Part shown: piece by piece, positions 28,365 through 35,918 of the stretch | Layout of the letters: each line of letters starts with the position of its first letter | How positions within the stretch are numbered: the first letter of the stretch is position 1 | DNA from: a virus | DNA length: 60,788 nucleotides | Virus record (IMG/VR): IMGVR_UViG_3300028610_001111 | Strand: one strand, 5' to 3' | The notes under the pieces: model-generated | Told to the model about the DNA's origin: nothing | The model's database searches: none | The model's input: only the letters and a program-made list of their open reading frames with translations | Made by a program: the position numbers and the translations under genes

Positions 28365-28852
28365 TAAGGTTTCCTTGCTATGCCTATGCAATCATCATGC
28401 TGGCCTTTATAGATTTCACAAACCTCTATTTCCCACCCGACGTGCTTAAACAATATTTTCATTCCGTCAGGCAAAATCCTCCAGCAATCTATCGGATGAC
28501 TATGTATGTCAATCTTAGTAGGAGTTATTATACAACAATATCCACCAGACTTCAAAACAGAATCTATATCTTCTATAAATGAAAATGGATTAATACAATG
28601 TTCTATAGTGTTACCAGATACCACTATATCATATTTATCAAGGTACTGACTGAATAATCCTGCAGGAACAACTTTGTCAACGTTAGGGCCTTCTACAATG
28701 TCAACTCCTGTATAAGCTTCGAAATGGTTAAAGAGTTCTCTATAACTTCCATTAACATCAAATGAACCTACATCTAATACGTTTTCATCAAAATTATTGT
28801 CTATATAAGTGCCTACAAACCCTTTCATAAGTTCTAATGATTCAGCATGCAT
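28364..28852 (-). CDS. class I SAM-dependent methyltransferase (substrate unknown)
   Basis: Motif I-like VLDVGSFDVNG and post-I/III-like ...YDIVVSGNTIEH...LKSGGYCCI. The start is refined to ATG 28852 (TAATG overlap with the upstream stop). Confidence 0.7.
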   Translation of the reverse strand: MHAESLELMKGFVGTYIDNNFDENVLDVGSFDVNGSYRELFNHFEAYTGVDIVEGPNVDKVVPAGLFSQYLDKYDIVVSGNTIEHCINPFSFIEDIDSVLKSGGYCCIITPTKIDIHSHPIDCWRILPDGMKILFKHVGWEIEVCEIYKGQHDDCIGIARKP

Positions 28853-29874
28853 TATTCCCTCATTCCTGTTTTTGTATTCTTCCATATATCTTTCAGGCCT
28901 TTAACTACGTCCTCCTGAATCACTCCAATAGGCTCTATTTCTTTTCCAGCTTTCTCATTTTTACCAAGCTCAAATGCTTTGAATACTAATCTCTTGCAAA
29001 GTGAAATCATTTTATGCATTCTGGCTGCGAGTTCATCGTAATGAACATAATCAGATGAATCCATTTTAAAATGCCTCATTGAGCACTTAGATATTATATC
29101 AGCCATTTTAAGTTTAATATCTATTTTTGTTTTATCAGTCATGGGAACAGGACCCACTTTAGTCATTTCTGTCAGTTGTTCCCTAACCAGTATTGCGTCA
29201 AACAATTGGTCTCTGAGATATTCACCAGTCTCTTTATCTATACATTCAACATTCTGCAACCTATCTAATATCTCTCTAAGTATTGGAAGCGTTGCAAGTT
29301 CGTCAGCTTTTTCCTGATCAAGGCTACGCTTAAATTCATGAAGGGTCTCAGCCATCAATGCTATATCTTCCTTTGCTCTGAGACTAACTTCAGCTATTTC
29401 AGCTTCTTCCTTTGTAACTGCTAGATATCTTTCGCTATCCATACTTGCCTTTCCGTATATTTGTAGATCTCTTAATTGATTCTTTGCAAAACTGTAAGAC
29501 CTGTGCTGTCTGGAATTCTCACACCTTAAACAATATCCTACTCCGAGGTGTCCTGTCTCAGGGCCTAGCCCGTAGAAATTACCTTTAGTTTTTGATCCAG
29601 CAGTTTTAGTGCATCTACATACGTCACAAATATGGTTTCTGGCAGAATGCGAATAGTCGCCCTGCGCTTCTCTCTTCTTAACAAATGATCTCACCTTTGC
29701 ATGACATCTAGGTAAAGGTGAGTCTGGAGGCCAGAATAAAATTCTTCTAACAGCCATTATCTGCGCCTTAGATGTTGGACCTATACTAGGATTATATTTC
29801 TTAAAATGCTGCTGCCAAATACATGGCTTGTTTCTGTTTGCAATGTATGGCTTTCGGATACATTTTTCATTCAT
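28852..29874 (-). CDS. Cys-rich N-terminal / helical C-terminal protein; occupies the position where a small terminase subunit would be expected
   Basis: Track ORF with ...CDVCRCTKTAG...GYCLRCENSRQH... followed by long charged helices. The start is refined to ATG 29874 (ATGAATGA overlap). The function call rests on position only. Confidence 0.45.
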   Translation of the reverse strand: MNEKCIRKPYIANRNKPCIWQQHFKKYNPSIGPTSKAQIMAVRRILFWPPDSPLPRCHAKVRSFVKKREAQGDYSHSARNHICDVCRCTKTAGSKTKGNFYGLGPETGHLGVGYCLRCENSRQHRSYSFAKNQLRDLQIYGKASMDSERYLAVTKEEAEIAEVSLRAKEDIALMAETLHEFKRSLDQEKADELATLPILREILDRLQNVECIDKETGEYLRDQLFDAILVREQLTEMTKVGPVPMTDKTKIDIKLKMADIISKCSMRHFKMDSSDYVHYDELAARMHKMISLCKRLVFKAFELGKNEKAGKEIEPIGVIQEDVVKGLKDIWKNTKTGMRE

Positions 29875-30055
29875 GGCAGATTTCAAATCCTTCGTTTGTA
29901 ATCATATCAACATAAATCTCTATACAAGACGGATCAATTCTGATCATATCTTCTTTGTAAAGGTTACCCATAAATAATTTTGCTCTATGGCTTTCAGCAC
30001 TTATAATATACATAGAGTTCTTGGCTCTAATCTTTATATCACAATCTTTTGACAT
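29867..30055 (-). CDS. hypothetical protein (62 aa)
   Basis: Track ORF, co-oriented and overlap-coupled. Confidence 0.5.
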   Translation of the reverse strand: MSKDCDIKIRAKNSMYIISAESHRAKLFMGNLYKEDMIRIDPSCIEIYVDMITNEGFEICHE

Positions 30056-30422
30056 TCAACACCTCCGATGGTTTTCTATATTCGTGATCCTCTCCTTTGA
30101 ATCTCGTAGTTAAAAGCCCTGCATGTTCCATAGTTTTCTCATTAACAATCCAATTCATATAAACAACAAAAATCTCATTCTTATACACGCCTCTTACAAC
30201 AGTCTTCTTACTTATCTTTTCATTATATACGATATCACACTTGACTTTCAATTTCCTTAGTTCGTCATACTCTTTCAGCATTATATCTTTTTCAAGCTCA
30301 AACAACTCCCTTTTAAGCACTTCTTCAGGAGCTATGCCGTCAGCCTCTATGGGGTCATTGCAAATATTCTTAACATGGCTTGGAAGCGTTCCGTCCTTTA
30401 CAATTATATTAATCATTATCAA
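30039..30422 (-). CDS. hypothetical protein (127 aa)
   Basis: Track ORF, co-oriented and overlap-coupled. Confidence 0.5.
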   Translation of the reverse strand: MIMINIIVKDGTLPSHVKNICNDPIEADGIAPEEVLKRELFELEKDIMLKEYDELRKLKVKCDIVYNEKISKKTVVRGVYKNEIFVVYMNWIVNEKTMEHAGLLTTRFKGEDHEYRKPSEVLNVKRL

Positions 30423-30771
30423 CTCCGTCAGGTTCAGGCCAATCTTTTAATTTGATTGCAAGTATAGTCTTTTGTCTAATCATTAATGCTTTAGCAATTC
30501 TATGATATCCATCTACAAGTGCTCCGTAAGGACCCAAAAGAATAGGATGACTCAAATCACTATCATTTATTCTTTTGCAGTGATACGCTATATCAACAAC
30601 TCTGGTACAACCAGCAAACCTTTTATATGTTAAATCGTAGTGATCAAGATTAAGTTTAAAAGTCTTGCATTTTTGTTCTTCAGCGCATTTATAAAGATAA
30701 GGAGCTGACCACGTTTTCCCCTGCTGTATGAATGTACTGTCCTCAAATTTACATGTATCAATATCAATCAT
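30409..30771 (-). CDS. ParB-like nuclease-domain protein
   Basis: ...HPILLGPYGALVDGYHRIAKAL... matches the ParB/sulfiredoxin DGxHR core motif. Confidence 0.6.
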   Translation of the reverse strand: MIDIDTCKFEDSTFIQQGKTWSAPYLYKCAEEQKCKTFKLNLDHYDLTYKRFAGCTRVVDIAYHCKRINDSDLSHPILLGPYGALVDGYHRIAKALMIRQKTILAIKLKDWPEPDGVDND

Positions 30772-30920
30772 TATCTATTTCCTATTAAGCAACACTTCTT
30801 GTATTTCCTGCCTGATCCGCATGGGCATCTGTCATTCCTGCCTATTTTCTTCTCTTCCCTGACAAGCGTGCCGCCTGACCAATGCCGTTTCTTAACTTTC
30901 TCGTAAGAGTCATTCTGCAT
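30771..30920 (-). CDS. 49-aa SEC-C-motif (SecA C-terminal zinc-binding motif) protein, below the ORF-track cutoff
   Basis: Hand translation gives [49 protein letters not shown]. The ATG overlaps the upstream stop and the TAA overlaps the next ATG (TAATG). CPCGSGxKYKKCC is the SEC-C signature. Confidence 0.6.
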   Translation of the reverse strand: MQNDSYEKVKKRHWSGGTLVREEKKIGRNDRCPCGSGRKYKKCCLIGNR

Positions 30921-31140
30921 TTTCTGTTTCCTTTTCTAATACTATCTTTCTGTATATGTGAGCAGGTACTACTCTCACTATATTATCATTATTAATATTA
31001 TCGGGATCATCAGTATTATCATAAAAAATCACTGCTCCTGATTCAGTTACCCTAAGTCCTGTTGCAAAAATATAACCATTAATTCCGTCTACAGTACATA
31101 ACATATATTTCTTCATTTCGCTCTCCATCCTGCCACCCAT
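30910..31140 (-). CDS. hypothetical protein (76 aa or shorter)
   Basis: Track ORF; several in-frame Met codons near the start. Confidence 0.5.
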   Translation of the reverse strand: MGGRMESEMKKYMLCTVDGINGYIFATGLRVTESGAVIFYDNTDDPDNINNDNIVRVVPAHIYRKIVLEKETENAE

Positions 31141-31340
31141 TCAACATTCTCAACTTCTCCAGCCTTTATATCAGAAAAATTAAACTTACCAATGCAATCT
31201 CCGCCAGAAAGATCAATTGGATATACAGTCAATTCTTTGTAACTAATATGTCTCAAGAAAGCTTCGCTAGCTGTCTTGGCAATAGTATACGGCCTGATTT
31301 CCTCGTACTCAGTAAACACTGCAAAGCATATGTCATTCAT
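31113..31340 (-). CDS. hypothetical protein (75 aa)
   Basis: Track ORF, overlap-coupled. Confidence 0.5.
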   Translation of the reverse strand: MNDICFAVFTEYEEIRPYTIAKTASEAFLRHISYKELTVYPIDLSGGDCIGKFNFSDIKAGEVENVEWVAGWRAK

Positions 31341-31740
31341 TTGTCAACCTCGCAATCTGAATATCAATAGCTTTTATCTTCCTCATATTCTCGTCAGTGC
31401 TTTCAGCAGTAAATAATTCCGCTCTGATAGAATTCAGTTCCTCAAGACTAGGCTCTCTAGGGCTTTTCATATTTTTTTCTTTCTGTACGTCTATCTCATT
31501 ACACGAATCAAACAAAGTTTCACTAGGATTAAGTAAATCATCATTTGGACCACTAGAATTATTTTTTATCTGCAATATCGATTTTGTCCAGACTTCATTT
31601 TCAGTATGTGTTGAAAATATAACGCACATATCCCTTCTTCTTTCGAGGAAACGCTTGATGCTGTAACTAGGTATTTCTTCTATAGGTACGTTAATCTTGT
31701 TATACGTTTCAATTACTTCTGGCGTGATTTCACTTTTCAT
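31333..31740 (-). CDS. hypothetical protein (135 aa)
   Basis: Track ORF, overlap-coupled. Confidence 0.5.
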   Translation of the reverse strand: MKSEITPEVIETYNKINVPIEEIPSYSIKRFLERRRDMCVIFSTHTENEVWTKSILQIKNNSSGPNDDLLNPSETLFDSCNEIDVQKEKNMKSPREPSLEELNSIRAELFTAESTDENMRKIKAIDIQIARLTNE

Positions 31741-32137
31741 TCATCTTCCTCCAGCAATGTAAAGCCATACCTTCTCGAATCCAAAGCCTGTGATTTAATG
31801 TAGACTTCTTGCATTTATGGCAATATATACGTTCCCTTTTAAAAGCAACAACAAGTATTGCACCACATCCGCAATCACTGCACTTTACATCAATAGGAAA
31901 AGCTAAATCTTGCAAACTATATTCATTGTTCTTGTTAAATGAGGATATGCTGACCTCTCTTGCATTTAAAATATCAGAAATACGTTCCTTCAATACATGC
32001 AAATCAGCTTTAGCGTCTGCCAGCTTATCGCTAAGTTCTTCGTATGTAGGGCATCTGCCATATTTATTGCAAGCACCTCTCCCATCCGTTGTAGTGTATC
32101 TGACAGGCTTTCCACATCCACACAAGTCTTCACTCAT
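31730..32137 (-). CDS. zinc-ribbon protein (135 aa)
   Basis: CGCGKP...C..YGRCP at the N-terminus and CSDCGCG...CHKCKK at the C-terminus. Confidence 0.5.
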   Translation of the reverse strand: MSEDLCGCGKPVRYTTTDGRGACNKYGRCPTYEELSDKLADAKADLHVLKERISDILNAREVSISSFNKNNEYSLQDLAFPIDVKCSDCGCGAILVVAFKRERIYCHKCKKSTLNHRLWIREGMALHCWRKMNEK

Positions 32138-32355
32138 AGCTTGCTCCTATTATGAAAAAACCAATTCAGACCAGGAATATTATTTATCCTGTTCCAAGCA
32201 TCAAGCGCATCATGTAAATTTATATGCCTCAAAGTAGACTTACCACATTCACTACATGATATACTCCATCTGAAATAACCTCCGTGATCACTCAACCCTT
32301 GAGCATATGACAATGCACCAAGCCTCTCACCATCATTGCAATCTCTACATTTCAT
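32134..32355 (-). CDS. zinc-ribbon protein (73 aa)
   Basis: CRDCND...CSECGKS pairs; ATGA overlap with the next gene. Confidence 0.5.
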   Translation of the reverse strand: MKCRDCNDGERLGALSYAQGLSDHGGYFRWSISCSECGKSTLRHINLHDALDAWNRINNIPGLNWFFHNRSKL

Positions 32356-32524
32356 CCTTACCCGCTTCCTTCTTCAGCACCACACCACATACATACCGGC
32401 TAACACTAAGCAAATCACTAGGATCAAATACCCCTCTCCTCTTATGATCCCTAACAGTATGTATACTCTCATCAACAGCCACAGCCACATCATTCATCCC
32501 GTATCTCCAACTCCGCTTTTTCAT
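32345..32524 (-). CDS. 59-aa first gene of the minus-strand operon, possible small DNA-binding (Xis/AlpA-like HTH) protein; one codon below the track cutoff
   Basis: Hand translation gives MKKRSWRYGMNDVAVAVDESIHTVRDHKRRGVFDPSDLLSVSRYVCGVVLKKEAGKDEM*. It lies ~50 nt downstream of a consensus promoter. The HTH call is weak. Confidence 0.45.
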   Translation of the reverse strand: MKKRSWRYGMNDVAVAVDESIHTVRDHKRRGVFDPSDLLSVSRYVCGVVLKKEAGKDEM

Positions 32525-32572
32525 AATGTAGGCTTTCCGTCAATTAAGGCCGCTAATTGACCATTTCTATAC

Positions 32573-32601
32573 ATTATCCAGCGTATAAGCACATTTGTCA
32601 A
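32573..32601 (-). promoter_or_regulatory. sigma70-type promoter for the minus-strand operon
   Basis: On the minus strand: TTGACA (32601-32596), 17-nt spacer, GATAAT (32578-32573). It is ~50 nt upstream of the ATG at 32524. Confidence 0.65.
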
Positions 32602-32688
32602 TAGCTTTTTTAGCAAAATTAATATGCAATACATCAGCAAAAACAATGCAGGGGGTAAGGCCGGGGCGTTTAAAAGCAAGGGGGGCGG

Positions 32689-32755
32689 GATGGACGAAAG
32701 CCTACGGAAAGATTGATTTGAACGCCAACTTTCCGTAGGCCACGTGATCCATCCC
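32689..32755. repeat. long imperfect hairpin / inverted repeat (8 bp + 12 bp arms)
   Basis: GGGATGGA-cgaaa-GCCTACGGAAAG-(17 nt)-CTTTCCGTAGGC-cacgtga-TCCATCCC, read directly. Confidence 0.8.
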
Positions 32756-32884
32756 CAATAAGGGGCAACAATATTAATGAGGGAGTAGCTTAGTGCGGCG
32801 TGGGCCTTTACAACCTTAACGCCAAGGGTGCAGCCCCCTTCACTTCCACCATTAATATAAATAATACTACCAGATATAAAAATA

Positions 32885-32914
32885 TTGTCAAGAGGCTTAT
32901 CCTTGCAGTATTAT
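32885..32914 (+). promoter_or_regulatory. sigma70-like promoter inside the ORF-free region (no ORF for ~760 nt downstream)
   Basis: TTGTCA (32885-32890), 18-nt spacer, TATTAT (32909-32914). Confidence 0.45.
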
Positions 32915-33065
32915 GATTCAAGGCTACGGAATAATACAAATTCAAGGCTGGCAGGGGCTTTTAATGATGAACAGGCGGGATGGGGACAATCCTTCTCTCT
33001 CCCTCTATGCACACGCATTTCGCCATGGGGCTCCCCCCACCCCTTTTGCAATGCTTGCCTTTCCG

Positions 33066-33151
33066 TTTGCACTGGTTGCTAGCCAGGCCTTGCGGCCCGC
33101 TTTGCCCGGTGTTTGCAGTGTGAAACAATGCGGCTGCCAGGCTTTGCAGTG
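33066..33151. repeat. three iteron-like 9-mers TTTGCA(C/G)TG
   Basis: TTTGCACTG at 33066-33074, TTTGCAGTG at 33112-33120 and at 33143-33151. Confidence 0.6.
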
Positions 33152-33229
33152 CAGAGTGCTTTGCGGGTCGATGTGCATAAAATGTATGGTGCTGTCCCCC
33201 TCCGCTGCTTAGCTGAAATTGCTTTGGAT

Positions 33230-33268
33230 AACGCTATGCTGCTGCGCTTGCGTTAGAGGCATAGCGTT
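33230..33268. repeat. perfect 10-bp inverted repeat with 19-nt spacer
   Basis: AACGCTATGC (33230-33239) and GCATAGCGTT (33259-33268). Confidence 0.85.
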
Positions 33269-33310
33269 GGCACTGGCCTAGCGGCTAGCCCTTGCTCTGG
33301 CTAGCGTAGC

Positions 33311-33341
33311 ATTGGTTGATTGATATGCTATTGGTTGATTG
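33311..33341. repeat. 12-bp direct repeat ATTGGTTGATTG x2, 19 bp apart start to start
   Basis: Copies at 33311-33322 and 33330-33341, read directly. Confidence 0.85.
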
Positions 33342-33584
33342 TTGTTATGTAGTAGTATGTGTTAGTGAGGTTTTCGAAAACTTAGTGTTCCGGGCGAACC
33401 AGCGCCATTGACTGAAACCAAGCTTTTGCTGCCTGCTTGGCCCTGCATCGCAACAGATCAAGCCTAACAACTCGCTGTGAGTGCAACGCTTGATCTCTTA
33501 CCGTCCTGTAGTACACGTTGATTCATTCTCAGGGTCTTTGTTTCTCTTTCTTTCCCGCCCTCCATAAACTGAATCCTGCAACGG

Positions 33585-33618
33585 TTTTTTTCACACCCTT
33601 TTTGCTGCGTGAAAAAAA
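33585..33618. terminator. A/T-rich 10-bp hairpin (possible terminator/insulator just upstream of the early promoter)
   Basis: TTTTTTTCAC (33585-33594), 14-nt loop, GTGAAAAAAA (33609-33618). Symmetric T and A runs could act in either direction. The stem is weak because it is AT-rich. Confidence 0.35.
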
Positions 33619-33642
33619 GTGAAAGAAAAGCTTGAAATGAGC

Positions 33643-33671
33643 TTGACAACTATCAGGCCTTTTGCTAACTT
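33643..33671 (+). promoter_or_regulatory. sigma70-like early promoter for the plus-strand operon
   Basis: TTGACA (33643-33648), 17-nt spacer, TAACTT (33666-33671). Confidence 0.5.
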
Positions 33672-33722
33672 AGTCTTATGAGTGAGAGATATCTTAAGAA
33701 TATGACAGGAAAGGAGCATAAC

Positions 33723-33929
33723 ATGATAACCAACAGCAGACAGTTAGAAACAATACCGCAGCCAGTACTTGACGCCTTATCAGCCTTGGATTGCCTAGGT
33801 TTCGACGATGAAGAAGAAGCGTTGGACGCAATAATACAACATGCTGACTGGACTGATAGATGGGATGTTAACGATGGAGATATAAGCAATTCCTCGATCA
33901 TTAATAGCTTTATAAGGAATGGATCATGA
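33723..33929 (+). CDS. small acidic early protein (68 aa)
   Basis: Same frame as track ORF 33678..33929. The start is refined to ATG 33723, which follows AAGGAG by 7 nt. D/E-rich (...DCLGFDDEEEALDAIIQHADWTDRWDVNDGD...). Confidence 0.6.
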   Translation: MITNSRQLETIPQPVLDALSALDCLGFDDEEEALDAIIQHADWTDRWDVNDGDISNSSIINSFIRNGS

Positions 33930-34063
33930 GAGAGTTATTAGGTATATTAGGAAGATACTTTGGTCGCCGCAAACCCAGGGCAAGAGGCCCTATCATAGCT
34001 ACAGTCATAGATTATGATATAGTATGGTGTGATGTTAATAAGAAGTACGTAAACAGAGGCTAG
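33926..34063 (+). CDS. hypothetical small ORF (45 aa)
   Basis: Hand translation MRELLGILGRYFGRRKPRARGPIIATVIDYDIVWCDVNKKYVNRG*; ATGA overlap with the upstream stop. Confidence 0.4.
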   Translation: MRELLGILGRYFGRRKPRARGPIIATVIDYDIVWCDVNKKYVNRG

Positions 34064-34065
34064 CT

Positions 34066-34194
34066 ATGACTGCTATCGAAATGACTGAAACTAGATTCGG
34101 CAGGGTGCTTTTGCACATTGCTTGCTGCATAAAGAGAGATAAGCGCGTTAAATGGCACTGGCAGGGCATTGTAAGAGAATTAAGGTATAAATAA
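34066..34194 (+). CDS. hypothetical small ORF (42 aa)
   Basis: Hand translation MTAIEMTETRFGRVLLHIACCIKRDKRVKWHWQGIVRELRYK*; fills an otherwise empty gap. Confidence 0.35.
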   Translation: MTAIEMTETRFGRVLLHIACCIKRDKRVKWHWQGIVRELRYK

Positions 34195-34209
34195 GAAGGG
34201 TATGAAATT

Positions 34210-34872
34210 ATGAAACTGTCTGAAGTGACAACAAGAGGTATGGCAGGAAAAGCGCGGAAAAATATTAAGAAGGATGAAGCATTCTCGCATTTGTCGCAGC
34301 TAATTGAATTACTGCCAGATGAGTTTGCATCAAATCACGCTATTGCCTTGACTGAGCTTATACATATCTATGAGCCTAAAAATAAAAAGAAGGCTAAAAC
34401 GGATAGATACGCTTGGCTGGCACAAGCTGTTAGCACTGATGTGGGAAGATACGTTCTGACACACGTACACGCCGATGCAGAAAACGTTGTTGCTACTTGT
34501 GGCAAACGCCTACACCTCATGCCTAACACCGATAGCTTGAAAGGTTTCATAGACCCAAACAATAAAACAAATGTAACCGATGTCAAAGACGTTGGAACTT
34601 ATCCCAATTATAAACAGGCTCTTCCAGATTACAAAGGCGGCGACTATAAACAAATAACATTGATTACTGAAAACTTGAAAATTGATGCCTGTTCATCCGG
34701 GAAAAAAGCAACTAAAATAGAATCTAAATTCTACGATCTAAAACATATCAAAGAAGCTTGTTCTATGGGTAATCCGGATGTTACTTATATCTGCAGCACT
34801 ACTCATACCATCAGCCCATTGGTAATGTTATGGAGAGACGGCAGGCTTGCTCTAGTAATGCCGTTAATATAA
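34210..34872 (+). CDS. hypothetical early protein (220 aa)
   Basis: Track ORF. AAGGGT lies upstream. The segment ...VVATCGKRLHLM... faintly recalls the ATDGHRLA motif of beta-clamp-like proteins; not relied on. Confidence 0.6.
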   Translation: MKLSEVTTRGMAGKARKNIKKDEAFSHLSQLIELLPDEFASNHAIALTELIHIYEPKNKKKAKTDRYAWLAQAVSTDVGRYVLTHVHADAENVVATCGKRLHLMPNTDSLKGFIDPNNKTNVTDVKDVGTYPNYKQALPDYKGGDYKQITLITENLKIDACSSGKKATKIESKFYDLKHIKEACSMGNPDVTYICSTTHTISPLVMLWRDGRLALVMPLI

Positions 34873-34882
34873 GGAGCGGATC

Positions 34883-35089
34883 ATGACAAACACCGAATTA
34901 CAGATTACGGATGAGATGATCAATAACCCCGCGGCAGACGCAGTGTTGATTAATTATGGAGCTGGTTGCGCGATGCGAATGGAGGTGGTAGCCGCTTACT
35001 ACATATACTGGGATATTGGCATGGATCAACTGCCGGAAGATGTTGATTACAGTGTTGACGCTATAATTGATCATGATGACTGTAGATAA
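34883..35089 (+). CDS. small acidic protein (68 aa)
   Basis: Track ORF; AAGGAGCGGA RBS upstream. Confidence 0.55.
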   Translation: MTNTELQITDEMINNPAADAVLINYGAGCAMRMEVVAAYYIYWDIGMDQLPEDVDYSVDAIIDHDDCR

Positions 35090-35123
35090 TCATTTGACCA
35101 AAACATAGATAAGGAGCGGACAA

Positions 35124-35405
35124 ATGAAGAAAGAAGCTCATTACAACTACGATATTCAGGCGTGGATAATAAACGGGCATGTTGCGAGATGCGGTCATTG
35201 CGCACCTGTGAAGACATGCACCGCCTGCAAATGGGCTGGCCTCACCGAGGAAGACAGGGCCAACGCTCAAATAATGGCCGCAGCACCGGAAATGCTTGAG
35301 GCATTGGAGGCTGTCACCAAGGAATTACATATGCCTTGTGCAGACTACAGTTGCAAAATATGTGGAAAAGTAAAGCGAGCAATGGACAAAGCGAAAGGCA
35401 AATAA
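35124..35405 (+). CDS. Cys-rich small protein (93 aa)
   Basis: Track ORF with the same AAGGAGCGGA RBS. Contains CGHC...CTAC...CKIC and an AAAPEMLEALE motif common in small phage proteins. Confidence 0.55.
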   Translation: MKKEAHYNYDIQAWIINGHVARCGHCAPVKTCTACKWAGLTEEDRANAQIMAAAPEMLEALEAVTKELHMPCADYSCKICGKVKRAMDKAKGK

Positions 35406-35551
35406 TGCGCTGGCTACACACTATGGGAGGCCAATGGCTTAGCAAGAAAAAAGGAAAATCTGGAACTGTGACCTACCTTACAGCCAGACAGAAGAAAAGC
35501 AAACGCAAATCGGCAAGAGCGGCTAAACGCAAGAATAGGGGGAAGAAATAA
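35405..35551 (+). CDS. very basic 48-aa protein ending KRKNRGKK
   Basis: In frame with track ORF 35336..35551. The ATG at 35405 forms a TAATG overlap with the upstream stop. Confidence 0.45.
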   Translation: MRWLHTMGGQWLSKKKGKSGTVTYLTARQKKSKRKSARAAKRKNRGKK

Positions 35552-35796
35552 TGCCATTAATCACAAATGAACGCTATGACTTTAAGTGCAAAGTAGGGAA
35601 TAGTGACAACCAAACAGCCTCAGACTGGTCGCCATGTCTTGATAGATGTCTTTTTTGTAAGTGGGGAAGAGGTTGCAATTGGAGAGAGGACTTCGTGCGT
35701 TGCGAATGTCCAATCAAAGTCAAAAAGGGTGACATAATTCAGGTTGATAAAATTTATAGAGTTACAAAGAAACGCAAAAACAGGGGCAAGAAATGA
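35551..35796 (+). CDS. Cys-rich protein (81 aa) ending KRKNRGKK
   Basis: Track ORF. Confidence 0.55.
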   Translation: MPLITNERYDFKCKVGNSDNQTASDWSPCLDRCLFCKWGRGCNWREDFVRCECPIKVKKGDIIQVDKIYRVTKKRKNRGKK

Positions 35797-35918
35797 TTGA
35801 ACAGGAAAAAGTATGCAGAGACTGCGGAAAACCAACAGGCAACAGGATATGGGTAAGATGCGCGAATTGCCACTTTGTAAAGAAGTTGAAAAGCTGGAGC
35901 AAGCAAAGGCCATCATGA
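35793..35918 (+). CDS. 41-aa zinc-ribbon ORF not in the track
   Basis: Hand translation MIEQEKVCRDCGKPTGNRIWVRCANCHFVKKLKSWSKQRPS*; ATGA overlaps at both ends. Confidence 0.5.
   Translation: MIEQEKVCRDCGKPTGNRIWVRCANCHFVKKLKSWSKQRPS

Noticed and set aside
33025-33048. GGGG-ctcccccca-CCCC-TTTT as an intrinsic terminator inside the non-coding region
   Set aside because: The stem is only 4 bp with a 9-nt loop, too weak to call on its own. It is noted only as part of the general GC-helix richness of the region.
32885-33212. Track ORFs 32885..33082 and 32913..33212 (+) in the ORF-free region
   Set aside because: They are overlapping frames with Ala/Pro/Cys/Leu-rich nonsense-like composition and no RBS. 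They look like by-products of high GC rather than genes, so the region is treated as non-coding.
33464-33901. Minus-strand ORFs 33464..33649 and 33665..33901
   Set aside because: They are antisense to the early promoter and first early gene and show no coupling or RBS. They sit between divergent promoters where no minus-strand transcription is predicted.
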